From Candidatus Woesearchaeota archaeon (lineage in GTDB: Archaea > Nanobdellota > Nanobdellia > Woesearchaeales > UBA11576), in NCBI GenBank assembly GCA_018668595.1, contig JABJCP010000013.1:64116-128115 (forward strand): DNA of 64,000 bases. The letters are read 5' to 3'. Under the pieces are notes generated by a model that searched no databases, was not told the origin of the DNA, and saw only the letters and a program-made list of their open reading frames with translations. Made by a program: the position numbers and the translations under genes. The number at the start of each line of letters is the position of its first letter. Position 1 is the stretch's first letter. This document shows, piece after piece, positions 39,197 to 47,958 of this stretch.

Positions 39197-39915
39197 AAAA
39201 CTTTCTCCTCATCTCTTAATACTTTTAATAAATCAGGGATTTCATCACGTGAAAAAACTTTCTGTTTTCTCGGCGGAAAGTCTTCTAATTTAACAAGCTC
39301 GACTTTAGGATCTGACGTCGGCGAAGGATGAACAGAAACACTCTTAAATTGAGCTTTTAATAATTTAAACAAAGATGATTTAGCAACACCACCTTCAAAT
39401 TGACTGTTTAATTCAAGCAAACAAGGGATAGATGTTGCAACTTTTTCTCTAAAAGAATCTGTTTTTCTATTACACTCCACTTCTTTATCATTAATAATAA
39501 AATCATTACAGTCAGTAACACAAGGTAAGTTTAACATTTCAGCAGTAATTTGAGGAAGGCCATTAATTAACCCAGAACCTTGTTTTCCAAAAAGTAAAAG
39601 ATCAAATTCTTTTTCATGAAGAAAATTACCTAACGCAGTTGCTATAGTATGAGCATCAGCTTTTTCAAAAGCAGCATCATCAACCACAAGATGAACTGCA
39701 TCATCAACCTCAGAAGAAATTAATTTACGAATTGCAGACTCAACATAATCAGGCCCTACAACTGCAACAGTAACTCTCGCTCCCACATTTTCTTTTAACC
39801 TTAATGCTTCATTAATAGCACCAATATCAAAAGAATTAACTTCTACCTCCTGAATTTTATCAGGATCAATCTCTGCTTCATTCAATTTAAGAGTTACAAA
39901 CACAATAATGTTCAT
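39193..39915 (-). CDS. etfB: Electron transfer flavoprotein beta subunit
   Basis: NSFDIGAINEALRLKE, VGP, FDLLLFGKQ, AEMLNLP; ATGA overlap with etfA. Confidence 0.9.
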   Translation of the reverse strand: MNIIVFVTLKLNEAEIDPDKIQEVEVNSFDIGAINEALRLKENVGARVTVAVVGPDYVESAIRKLISSEVDDAVHLVVDDAAFEKADAHTIATALGNFLHEKEFDLLLFGKQGSGLINGLPQITAEMLNLPCVTDCNDFIINDKEVECNRKTDSFREKVATSIPCLLELNSQFEGGVAKSSLFKLLKAQFKSVSVHPSPTSDPKVELVKLEDFPPRKQKVFSRDEIPDLLKVLRDEEKVL

Positions 39916-40058
39916 TTAAAAACCTCGTTTTGATTATTATTTAACTATTTAACTAAATATGAATTATTATAAACTATAACATGAAGAAATAAAGCTAATA
40001 TTTAAAATTAATGAAAGTTGATAGTGAAGAAGTGTAACCCAAAATAAAGGACGTAAAC

Positions 40059-40406
40059 TTATTTTACTATCTCTACTTCAAAGCGATTTGATGATTTTGG
40101 CTCTATAATAACTCTCTGACCTTTCTGAAGATCAAAAAATTCAACAAGTTTTTTACCCAATTTTATATCTAGAGAATTTCCCGATGTTCCAATAGTTGTT
40201 TGAGATCCTAAACCCCATAGATTTTTCTTTTTTAATTTTTCTTCGATTTTATCTACAGATTCGCTACTAAAGAAAACCTCGCCACATTTAGAACAAACTT
40301 CTGCAGGAAATTTACCAATAAGAATATCATATTGGCGATATTCTGCTTGTTTCTTTAATAAATTTCCTTTTCCACATTCATAGCATTTTATCATTTTAAT
40401 CAACAT
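40059..40406 (-). CDS. YgiT/MqsA-type zinc-finger antitoxin with AbrB-like C-terminus
   Basis: CYECGKG...AEVCSKCGEVFF; C-terminal GTSGNSLDIKL...LQKGQRV. Confidence 0.8.
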   Translation of the reverse strand: MLIKMIKCYECGKGNLLKKQAEYRQYDILIGKFPAEVCSKCGEVFFSSESVDKIEEKLKKKNLWGLGSQTTIGTSGNSLDIKLGKKLVEFFDLQKGQRVIIEPKSSNRFEVEIVK

Positions 40407-40608
40407 ATACTGTTTTTATTATATAATTTTTTCCAACAATTTTGTAAGCAACTGCAAAATAAGAATATCTTGCTAAAAAACCATCTGTTTGTTTAAATTT
40501 ACACCCTCTTTTTATAGCAAATTCAACTTGTGTACGCGTTATTCCTCTTTCAGTCATCATCTCGACGGCATGCTTTTTGTAAACTATTTTAATACATTTC
40601 ATGAGCAT
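40396..40608 (-). CDS. DUF4258-family (RelE-like) putative toxin
   Basis: YKKHAVEMMTERGIT...IIKTVY; overlaps the zinc-finger gene. Confidence 0.78.
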   Translation of the reverse strand: MLMKCIKIVYKKHAVEMMTERGITRTQVEFAIKRGCKFKQTDGFLARYSYFAVAYKIVGKNYIIKTVYVD

Positions 40609-40613
40609 AACCT

Positions 40614-40640
40614 CGAACTTGTACGAATTAGTAAGAATTC
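40614..40640 (-). promoter_or_regulatory. 10-bp direct repeats in the TA promoter (putative operator)
   Basis: + strand CGAACTTGTA / CGAATTAGTA / AGAATTC at 40614, 40624 and 40634, between TATA and start. Confidence 0.5.
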
Positions 40641-40850
40641 CAAATATTTAAATGTTTCTTTTTTTGAAAACATACAATATATTAAAATTTTAGTGTTTAT
40701 AAACTTTCAGTGGAAATTATAGAATTATTTTTAGAAACATTGGAGGGATTTTCGGTTTTGCTGGAGAAATTTTTGGTTAATTGATAAATAAATTGAATTA
40801 AATTCAATTTTTTTAAAAGATTTTCAACAGAAAACTATTACTCTTTAATC

Positions 40851-41939
40851 TTACTCTTTTATCAAATTAAACACAGTTATTTCATTCTTTGATCCTAATC
40901 TCATATATGGACCCCAAGTTCCAGTTCCAGGAGATACATAAAGTATAGTATCTTTATATCTGTATAATCCATTTACTGTAGGAAAGAATAGTTTAACAAT
41001 AAGATTAAATGGAAAAATTTGACCATTATGAGTATGACCTGAAAGAACTAAATCAAAACCATATTGATTTGCTAAACTAGGATTCATAGGTGCGTGATTT
41101 AGAAGAATCGAAAAATCTTCTTTAATCTGTTTGAACCGAGATAACTTATTGATAAATTTTGTTTTATCCTGCTCATAAGAAAAACCAATTAGATTAACTC
41201 CTTTAATTGTTTTTTGTTCATCATTCAAAGAAATTATTTTTGTCTGATTAATAATTGTAGAAATTTTATCTGAATCTTCATAGGTTTCGTGATTACCTGT
41301 GACAAAATAAACAGGCGCGTTTAATTCATCTACTTTTTTTAACATATTATTTGAAAGATGCGCAGTTCCATCAATTAAATCACCTGTAATTACAACAAAA
41401 TCAGGATTTATTTTATTTGTTTTGTCTACTAAAATAGTTAAAAAATCAGAATTTCTAACAGAACCAAGATGAACATCAGACCATTGAACAAAAGTTATGT
41501 TCTCAGAAATATTATTAGATGTATTATCAGATATTAAATTAACCTCTTGAACTGAAACAGATAATGCATTAATTATTGAGAAAATAGTTAGAATTGCGAC
41601 TATAACAATTATTGAAATTGCAGAATAAAAAGGATTTAGCTTAGCGAATAATCCTATTAATTCGTGGATGATCAGTATACACAAAAATAAAAATGCGATT
41701 CCCATCCATAAGGACGCTATGAAATATAATCCTTTAGTTGCAAAATTAAGAAAACGTTTTTCAAGAAAACTAAAAAAAGGATATGCTAAGGATACTATCA
41801 AGACTGTCAGGTAAAATAAGATATTTTTTTTGAAACCAAGCAAAGTAGTTAATCTAGAAAGAACATAATAATTCATTCCGCCATAAATTAGTATAAATAT
41901 TGAAATAAAAATTAAAAATTGCAATATTCTTATCATCAT
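40851..41939 (-). CDS. Membrane-anchored metallophosphoesterase (YkuE-like)
   Basis: 4 TM segments, then SDVHLG, TGDLIDG, TGNHE, LNHAP, SGHTHNGQIFP, GTGTWGPYMR. Confidence 0.93.
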   Translation of the reverse strand: MMIRILQFLIFISIFILIYGGMNYYVLSRLTTLLGFKKNILFYLTVLIVSLAYPFFSFLEKRFLNFATKGLYFIASLWMGIAFLFLCILIIHELIGLFAKLNPFYSAISIIVIVAILTIFSIINALSVSVQEVNLISDNTSNNISENITFVQWSDVHLGSVRNSDFLTILVDKTNKINPDFVVITGDLIDGTAHLSNNMLKKVDELNAPVYFVTGNHETYEDSDKISTIINQTKIISLNDEQKTIKGVNLIGFSYEQDKTKFINKLSRFKQIKEDFSILLNHAPMNPSLANQYGFDLVLSGHTHNGQIFPFNLIVKLFFPTVNGLYRYKDTILYVSPGTGTWGPYMRLGSKNEITVFNLIKE

Positions 41940-42022
41940 TTAAGGGATAAAGTTCTTATTAATAAATTTGATGGTCATCAAAAATAAAGATTGAAAATTA
42001 ATATAATAATGAAAGAATTAAA

Positions 42023-43147
42023 TTAAAGAACTCGAGGATCTTTTAAACCATGACCTGAGAGAATGCAAACAACTTGTTGACCTCGTTTTCCTAATTCTAA
42101 TTTTTTTGCGCCTGCATAAGACACTGCACCACTAGGCTCGACAAAAATACCTTGTTTACCCAGTTCTTTTCTTGCTTGAATTATTTCTCGCTCTGTAACT
42201 TGCTCAGTGATTCCTCTCATTTTTCTTAATCTGCTTAAAGCCTGAGTTGCATCAACAGGATGACCACAAGCAATAGCAGTTGCAATAGTTTTAGGAGATT
42301 TACACGTTGTGATGTGATCACATTTATTTTTATACGCTTTATATAATGGATTACAACCTTTTGCTTGGATTGCAGCCACTCTTGGAATTTTTTTAATTAA
42401 TCCCACTTCTTTTAATTCAAACAAAGCTTTGCATGTTGATGCTAATAATGTTGCATTTCCAACAGGAAGTGCAATAATATCAGGAGGATTCCAATTTAAC
42501 TGATCAATAATCTCAAATGCAACACTTTTTTCACCCTCTCCACGATATGCATAATCACCTGTTAAGTAAACATGTTTTTTTGCTCTTTGAGTTTTTGTTA
42601 GCTTAACTGCATCTTCATAAGTTCCTTTAACATTAACAATATTCGCACCCATGTTTTTAATTTGATTTGCTTTATTGGGCGGTGCAAAAGTAGGAAGATA
42701 AATTGTGCAGTTAATATTTGCACGTGCACTGTACGACGCAACACTTGCACCCATGTTACCAGTTGATGCACAAACAACTTTTTTAACACCCAACTCTCTT
42801 GCTTTAGTTATTTCAACAGTTGATCCGCGATCTTTAAAACTACCTGTAGGATTTGCAGCTTCGTATTTGAATAAGAAATTTTTATTATGATTAGATTCTA
42901 ACATAGGTGTTGCTCCTTCATTAAAAGAAACTATTTGATCATAATCATTAATCGGATAAAACGGCCAATACTTCCAATGAGAAGGAGGTTCTCTAAGAAA
43001 TTGACTTTTTATAATTTGTTTTTTTATTGAATGATAATCATAAACTAAATCTAAACTTCCACCACACGCATCACATTCAAAAATAATTTCGTCAGGATCG
43101 TGAGCGCGTTTGCATTCAACACATTGGATTGAGGTTGCGTGGGTTAT
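42023..43147 (-). CDS. thrC: Threonine synthase; probable ATA start at 43147
   Basis: NPTGSFKDRG, CASTGN, PVGNA, EPSGA, SGHGLKD. The N-terminal CxxC..CxxC zinc ribbon, WKY and EGATP lie in frame upstream of the ATG at 42904. Confidence 0.92.
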   Translation of the reverse strand: MTHATSIQCVECKRAHDPDEIIFECDACGGSLDLVYDYHSIKKQIIKSQFLREPPSHWKYWPFYPINDYDQIVSFNEGATPMLESNHNKNFLFKYEAANPTGSFKDRGSTVEITKARELGVKKVVCASTGNMGASVASYSARANINCTIYLPTFAPPNKANQIKNMGANIVNVKGTYEDAVKLTKTQRAKKHVYLTGDYAYRGEGEKSVAFEIIDQLNWNPPDIIALPVGNATLLASTCKALFELKEVGLIKKIPRVAAIQAKGCNPLYKAYKNKCDHITTCKSPKTIATAIACGHPVDATQALSRLRKMRGITEQVTEREIIQARKELGKQGIFVEPSGAVSYAGAKKLELGKRGQQVVCILSGHGLKDPRVL

Positions 43148-43198
43148 TTTTGGTTCACCTTTTTTTGATTGAATTAATTAATTGATTATTTTTTTGTA

Positions 43199-43399
43199 TT
43201 ATTCTTCAACAACTGTAATACAACTTACGGGACAATTATCTGCTGCTTCTTGATTGCAACCAACTTCATCAAGTTCTGTTTTTTTTGGATGAGCTTTTCC
43301 ATCATCTCCCATTTCCCAATTATCACAAGCAGCTGCGCATGCACCACAACCAATACACATATCTTTGTTATGTTCAATTTTAACTTTTGCCATTGTCAA
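43199..43399 (-). CDS. Ferredoxin (single cluster)
   Basis: CIGCGACAAAC...AADNCPVSCI. Confidence 0.93.
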   Translation of the reverse strand: MTMAKVKIEHNKDMCIGCGACAAACDNWEMGDDGKAHPKKTELDEVGCNQEAADNCPVSCITVVEE

Positions 43400-43475
43400 C
43401 TCCCTCTTTTAATTTTTACTGTTTACGCTTTACTTTTTACTTTTTATGCTTTACTTTTTACTTTTTGTGTTTTAT

Positions 43476-43715
43476 TTAAATTCCTAATTTTTCACTGATT
43501 TTTTCTTTATCAAAACCAACAATAATCTCTCCATCAATTTCTATTTGCGGAAGGGAAGTTGCACCACTTTTTTGAACCAACTCTTGTGCTTTTAATCTGT
43601 CAGCCATAACATCTACTTCTTCAAAATCAATATGTTTTTCTGTTAAGAATTCTTTAAGAATCTTACAACTAGAACACATTGGAGAAGAATAAACAATAAC
43701 TTTGTGATCAGACAT
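43476..43715 (-). CDS. Glutaredoxin/NrdH-like redoxin
   Basis: YSSPMCSSC, SGATSLPQI, IVGFD. Confidence 0.92.
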   Translation of the reverse strand: MSDHKVIVYSSPMCSSCKILKEFLTEKHIDFEEVDVMADRLKAQELVQKSGATSLPQIEIDGEIIVGFDKEKISEKLGI

Positions 43716-43908
43716 TTTAAGACCTCCTTTTTGACATTTTATTTTTTCGATTAATTATGAACATACATAAATTGAATTTGTACAGAGTATATTTTGATAT
43801 TATTTAGAATAGAATAATAATTGAGATTTATAAAGGTTTGGTTATAAATATTTAAAAAACAAAATGGGGAAATATTTAAATATAAGTGCGATTTTTAATA
43901 TCAATACA

Positions 43909-44052
43909 ATGGACTACCCAAACAAATATGATTTTCACCAGTTGAAACACAAAAAAGCAGCATGTGAAGAATGTGCTATGTTTGAAAAGTTTGGACAGTC
44001 ATGTTGGTTCTTTTGGGAACATAAAAAAGAATGTAGTCAAAAAGAACTTTAA
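43909..44052 (+). CDS. Small Cys-rich protein
   Basis: MDYPNKY...CEEC...CWFFWEHKKEC; TATA at about 43875. Confidence 0.6.
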   Translation: MDYPNKYDFHQLKHKKAACEECAMFEKFGQSCWFFWEHKKECSQKEL

Positions 44053-44161
44053 GTTGTTTTAATTAATTATTAATTTATTTTCTAATTTTTATAAGAATTA
44101 AAGTTAAAAAATGAAAAAAATTATTATTTCGTTTAGTAAATGATTAAACACCAGATCTCAC

Positions 44162-45238
44162 CTAATAATTTAGTAAGGAATCAAATGCAGCAGATTTAAT
44201 TCCGTTTCCAGTATTGATTGTTGCAATTAAATCATATCTATCCAAAACAGAATCGTCTAAGTTTCTTATGTGTGCCAAACTTGCAGCACCACTAGGTTCA
44301 GATTCTCTTCCCAGTTGTCTAAATTGACCAAGTGCAAACAATATGTCTTGTTCTGTTACTTGATAAATCTTATCACCACTTTTTTTTGCAAATGTGAAAC
44401 CTTTATTTTTTAGATCCTCCAGACTTCGCTGCCAGGATTCTGAAGAATCACAAATTTTATCTGCAACAGTGTCTTTATTTCCAGTACTTACAGCACATAA
44501 ATCAATATCCAGACTACTTTGATCAATATCAAGACTACTTTGTTTTACGACAAGTTCGGAATCATCATAAAGCATTCCTGCTCCGAATTGAATTATTGCG
44601 AGAGTTTTTGGGAAGGTTGTTGGAAAGTTTTTGTATTTTTTATATTCTGATTTTATTTGCTCTATGAAATCAAACATTACCCTAGTGTAAGTTGGATTAA
44701 ATCCTTCAGTAATGTCTAATGAATTATCTTTATTTGCACAAATTCCTAACTCATTCATCTTATCAATACAAGGTTTTCCAAGCCAATATGTTTTTGTAAA
44801 ATCTACTCTGATTAATTTTCCACTTCGATATTTTTCCATTGCTAAACGAATTCTTTTTCCGTCAGTAAATCTGCCAAAACTATCAGGTCCAAGAATTTTT
44901 GAATCATAATGCTCAGGATAAAAATTTACAATCGTTACTTTTTGTTCTCCTAATAAATCATTGAGTTTATCTGCAAAAGCAAAATCTGCCATGCCCGCAT
45001 TTCCAGTCGAACCAAGATAATAAATAAACGGATTAGGAAACTGATTCTGCAAATAATGTAAACCCATCATCCAACCATGATGTGCTTTGTATGTTCCAGT
45101 TTCATTTATACTTTCATCCTTAATTGCAACTGTTTTATTATTGATTGTTGTAAAAATAACAGGAGTGGTTTTTGGTTTTAATTCAATCCATTTTTCAATG
45201 AGTTCTTTTCTTATTCGATCCATATTTTGTTCTAACAC
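44162..45238 (-). CDS. Divergent PLP-dependent fold-type II enzyme (ThrC/TrpB superfamily)
   Basis: KDESINETGTYK, STGNAG, QFGAG, ADKI, ESEPSGAASLA, INTGNG. Confidence 0.8.
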   Translation of the reverse strand: MLEQNMDRIRKELIEKWIELKPKTTPVIFTTINNKTVAIKDESINETGTYKAHHGWMMGLHYLQNQFPNPFIYYLGSTGNAGMADFAFADKLNDLLGEQKVTIVNFYPEHYDSKILGPDSFGRFTDGKRIRLAMEKYRSGKLIRVDFTKTYWLGKPCIDKMNELGICANKDNSLDITEGFNPTYTRVMFDFIEQIKSEYKKYKNFPTTFPKTLAIIQFGAGMLYDDSELVVKQSSLDIDQSSLDIDLCAVSTGNKDTVADKICDSSESWQRSLEDLKNKGFTFAKKSGDKIYQVTEQDILFALGQFRQLGRESEPSGAASLAHIRNLDDSVLDRYDLIATINTGNGIKSAAFDSLLNY

Positions 45239-45299
45239 TTTAACACCTCTTTTTAGTTAGTACTTCTAAGTAGTTTATGTCGAGCATATTATAATTACT

Positions 45300-45338
45300 T
45301 ACCCCCTTTGGAGGTACACATTAGAAAAATTTATATAA
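45300..45338. promoter_or_regulatory. Palindromic putative TrmB operator plus TATA in the divergent promoter
   Basis: TACCCCCTTTGGAGGTA (45300-45316), then GAAAAA-TTTATATA; a second palindrome TACTTCTAAGTA at 45261-45272. Confidence 0.5.
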
Positions 45339-45359
45339 ACTAACTGCGTTTTTTTAGAT

Positions 45360-46091
45360 ATGGATACGGAAATATTAACAGAACTAGGATTTACACAAAG
45401 AGAAATTAAAGTTTATTTAGCACTCATAGAACTAGGAACTACAACAGTCGGCCCAATAACTGCAAAATCAAAACTACAATCTGCAAAAGTATATGAGACA
45501 CTTGAAAAACTAAAAGACAAAGGATTAGTAAGCCACATAATTGTTTCAAAAACAAAACACTTTCAAGCAGCAGATCCAAAAGAAATTCTCAATATAATAG
45601 ATGAACGAAAAAAAAGATTTAATGAACTTCTTCTTGAGCTTGAACTCAAACAAAAATATGCACAATCAAAACAAATCGCAATAGTTCATGAAGGATATAA
45701 ATCATTCAAAGCATTATTTAATAAAATCATCTCTGAGCTCGGAGAAAAAGATTCCTATTGGGCATTTGCATTCAAAAATGAATATCAAACAACAGCAGCA
45801 TCACTATTTTTAAGAAAATTCCACTCACAACTTGGTGAAAAGAAAATAGATGATAGATTGCTTGGACATATCAGTGTAAGAAAAGATATTAAAAAATCAT
45901 TTAAAGGAAATAAAAATATCAAAATAAGATTTACAAAAAATGAAACTCCTCTTGGAGTAATCATAATAAAGAATAAAGTAATCAATTTGGTTTGGAGCGA
46001 AAGACCAACAGCGATCGAAATTACCTCTGAGCAAATATATGAACAATACAAAAATTTCTTTTTAGAACTGTGGGAGAATGCGAAGAAATGA
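45360..46091 (+). CDS. TrmB-family transcriptional regulator
   Basis: LTELGFTQREIKVYLALIELG, VYETLEKLKDKGLVS wHTH; C-terminal FLELWENAK. Confidence 0.92.
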   Translation: MDTEILTELGFTQREIKVYLALIELGTTTVGPITAKSKLQSAKVYETLEKLKDKGLVSHIIVSKTKHFQAADPKEILNIIDERKKRFNELLLELELKQKYAQSKQIAIVHEGYKSFKALFNKIISELGEKDSYWAFAFKNEYQTTAASLFLRKFHSQLGEKKIDDRLLGHISVRKDIKKSFKGNKNIKIRFTKNETPLGVIIIKNKVINLVWSERPTAIEITSEQIYEQYKNFFLELWENAKK

Positions 46092-46174
46092 ATTTGTTAA
46101 ATCAGAAAAAAATAAAATATTAAAAAACATTAAAAAAATATTATCCTAATATGATAATATGATTTAGTTTTGCA

Positions 46175-47077
46175 TCATTGCAGTTTGCACATTGATTCTG
46201 CTCTTTTTAATTTGTAGTAATGAGCCATGTTTAATAGCGCAAAAATAAAATTAACCACAATTACAATATCTAAGATAAGACACCAAATGCAAAGTGACTT
46301 GATTACTGTTAATGAAATGTAAAACAAATAAACCGCACAAACCAATGCAAACAGAGTCATTAACAAATTAAGCCAATGGAAATGAATTCTATTTAAGCAA
46401 CCGCAAATTTTTCCAAGAGGATAATGGTTCCACAATATTTTTGAAGTAATTGCCAACAATAAAAAAAATATTGCTGCAAACATTGCTATAGGTACTCCTA
46501 AAATTAATGCATAACTACTCTGATTTACTGAATTGCAATCAAATAACGGCGTTAAAGAACCAATACAAAATCCTGAATAATATGAATAAGACAAATAAAT
46601 TGAAATAATAAATCCAACCAAACTCAAATAAATTGTGAGCAATAAGTTACTTTTTAACTCTCTTCTTGCCTCGCGCTCATAAGGACTTTTTTTTATTGAT
46701 TCATGAAAATTAATTGCAGGAGGATGTTTAAGATTCACAATCTTCTCTTTTTTTACTGATGAATCTACAATCTTAGGTTTAGAAACAGATCGAACAAGCT
46801 TCTTTTTTACAGGCTTTTTCTTTGCTGTTTTTTTTAGTTGCTTTTTCTTTACAGCATTTTTCTTAACTGGTTTCTTTTTAACTGCCTTCTTTTTAACTGC
46901 AGTTTTCTTAACTACTTTCTTTTTAACTGCCTTTTTTATAACTGATTTTTTCTTTACAGCCTTCTTTTTAACTGCAGTTTTCTTTACAGCATTTTTCTTA
47001 ACTGGTTTCTTTTTAACCGGCTTCTTAGCAGAACTCTTTTGTACCTTCTTTTTTTGAGATTTTTTTTTAGATGCCAT
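46175..47077 (-). CDS. Vitamin K epoxide reductase (VKOR) family protein with Lys-rich N-terminal repeats
   Basis: C...CNSVNQSSYALILGVPIA loop cysteines and CIWC; likely start MASKKK at 47077; KKKAV/KKKPV pentapeptide repeats. Confidence 0.88.
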   Translation of the reverse strand: MASKKKSQKKKVQKSSAKKPVKKKPVKKNAVKKTAVKKKAVKKKSVIKKAVKKKVVKKTAVKKKAVKKKPVKKNAVKKKQLKKTAKKKPVKKKLVRSVSKPKIVDSSVKKEKIVNLKHPPAINFHESIKKSPYEREARRELKSNLLLTIYLSLVGFIISIYLSYSYYSGFCIGSLTPLFDCNSVNQSSYALILGVPIAMFAAIFFLLLAITSKILWNHYPLGKICGCLNRIHFHWLNLLMTLFALVCAVYLFYISLTVIKSLCIWCLILDIVIVVNFIFALLNMAHYYKLKRAESMCKLQ

Positions 47078-47182
47078 TTTAGTGTAGTTAATATTTAGAA
47101 TATATTTAAGTTTTTCTATAGATGAGAATAGAAGCCAGAAATGATAACATAATAATAATAACAATAATAAGTAATCAACAAT

Positions 47183-47276
47183 TAAAATACTCATAACAAG
47201 CAATCAACAATTATCAATCAATCAACAAATAAAATACTCATAACAAGCAATCAACAATTATCAATCAATCAACAAC
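47183..47276 (+). repeat. 47-bp-period tandem duplication
   Basis: TAAAATACTCATAACAAGCAATCAACAATTATCAATCAATCAACAA at 47183 and 47230. Confidence 0.85.
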
Positions 47277-47278
47277 AA

Positions 47279-47854
47279 TCAATCAACAATTAACAAGCCA
47301 ACCATATCCTGACAACCTGTTGCACAAAAAACAGGATTATCAAATTCAAAAGAACCGCTTTTATCAACTACAAACTCAAAACGAACAAAACCATCCTTGC
47401 TTACAAATTCATCAATGTCAAATGCTTCTAATGCAAAACCATAACTTCGATCTAAAGCAGAAACAGTCATAACAACATAATCTCCTTTGTCAACGCTGAT
47501 CATGTCAGGAATAAAAGTGTAATTAAATATATTAATTGAAATTGCCTTCTTATTTTTTTGAGATACAGGCTTTGCTGGTTGATAAGATTTTTTTACATTA
47601 CTTGAATCCACTTCAAGAATCTTTTCACCCTTTTCACTTAACGATTCGACCAATATATCCACGCTATCTGCTGATTTCTTTGAAGGTAATTCAAAAGACT
47701 CAGGATCAAATTTTCCTTGATCTAAATTGTTAAAATCTAGATTATCAGAACCTTGATCAGCACAAGAAGATAACAATAAACAACAAATCAACAAAATAGA
47801 AATTAGCAAAAAAGAAAAATTAAAAGTTGAAAAAAACAATTTATTAAAATTCAT
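47279..47854 (-). CDS. Cupredoxin-domain lipoprotein
   Basis: LLSSC lipobox; FIPDMISVDKGDYV, GSFEF..PVFCATGCQDMVGLLIV. Confidence 0.8.
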   Translation of the reverse strand: MNFNKLFFSTFNFSFLLISILLICCLLLSSCADQGSDNLDFNNLDQGKFDPESFELPSKKSADSVDILVESLSEKGEKILEVDSSNVKKSYQPAKPVSQKNKKAISINIFNYTFIPDMISVDKGDYVVMTVSALDRSYGFALEAFDIDEFVSKDGFVRFEFVVDKSGSFEFDNPVFCATGCQDMVGLLIVD

Positions 47855-47902
47855 TTTAATATAAACTCAGTTTAAATTAATTTTAAATTGATTTTAAATT
47901 TT

Positions 47903-47941
47903 GATTAATTCAGATTAATTCAGATTAATTCAGATTAATTC
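47903..47941 (+). repeat. 10-bp tandem repeat GATTAATTCA x4
   Basis: Directly visible in the sequence. Confidence 0.85.
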
Positions 47942-47958
47942 GAATTAATTTTAAAATT

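Noticed and set aside
47078-47203. Hydrophobic N-terminal extension of the VKOR ORF
   Set aside because: It is translated from tandem-repeat and promoter DNA; the ATG at 47077 follows a TATA box at leaderless spacing.
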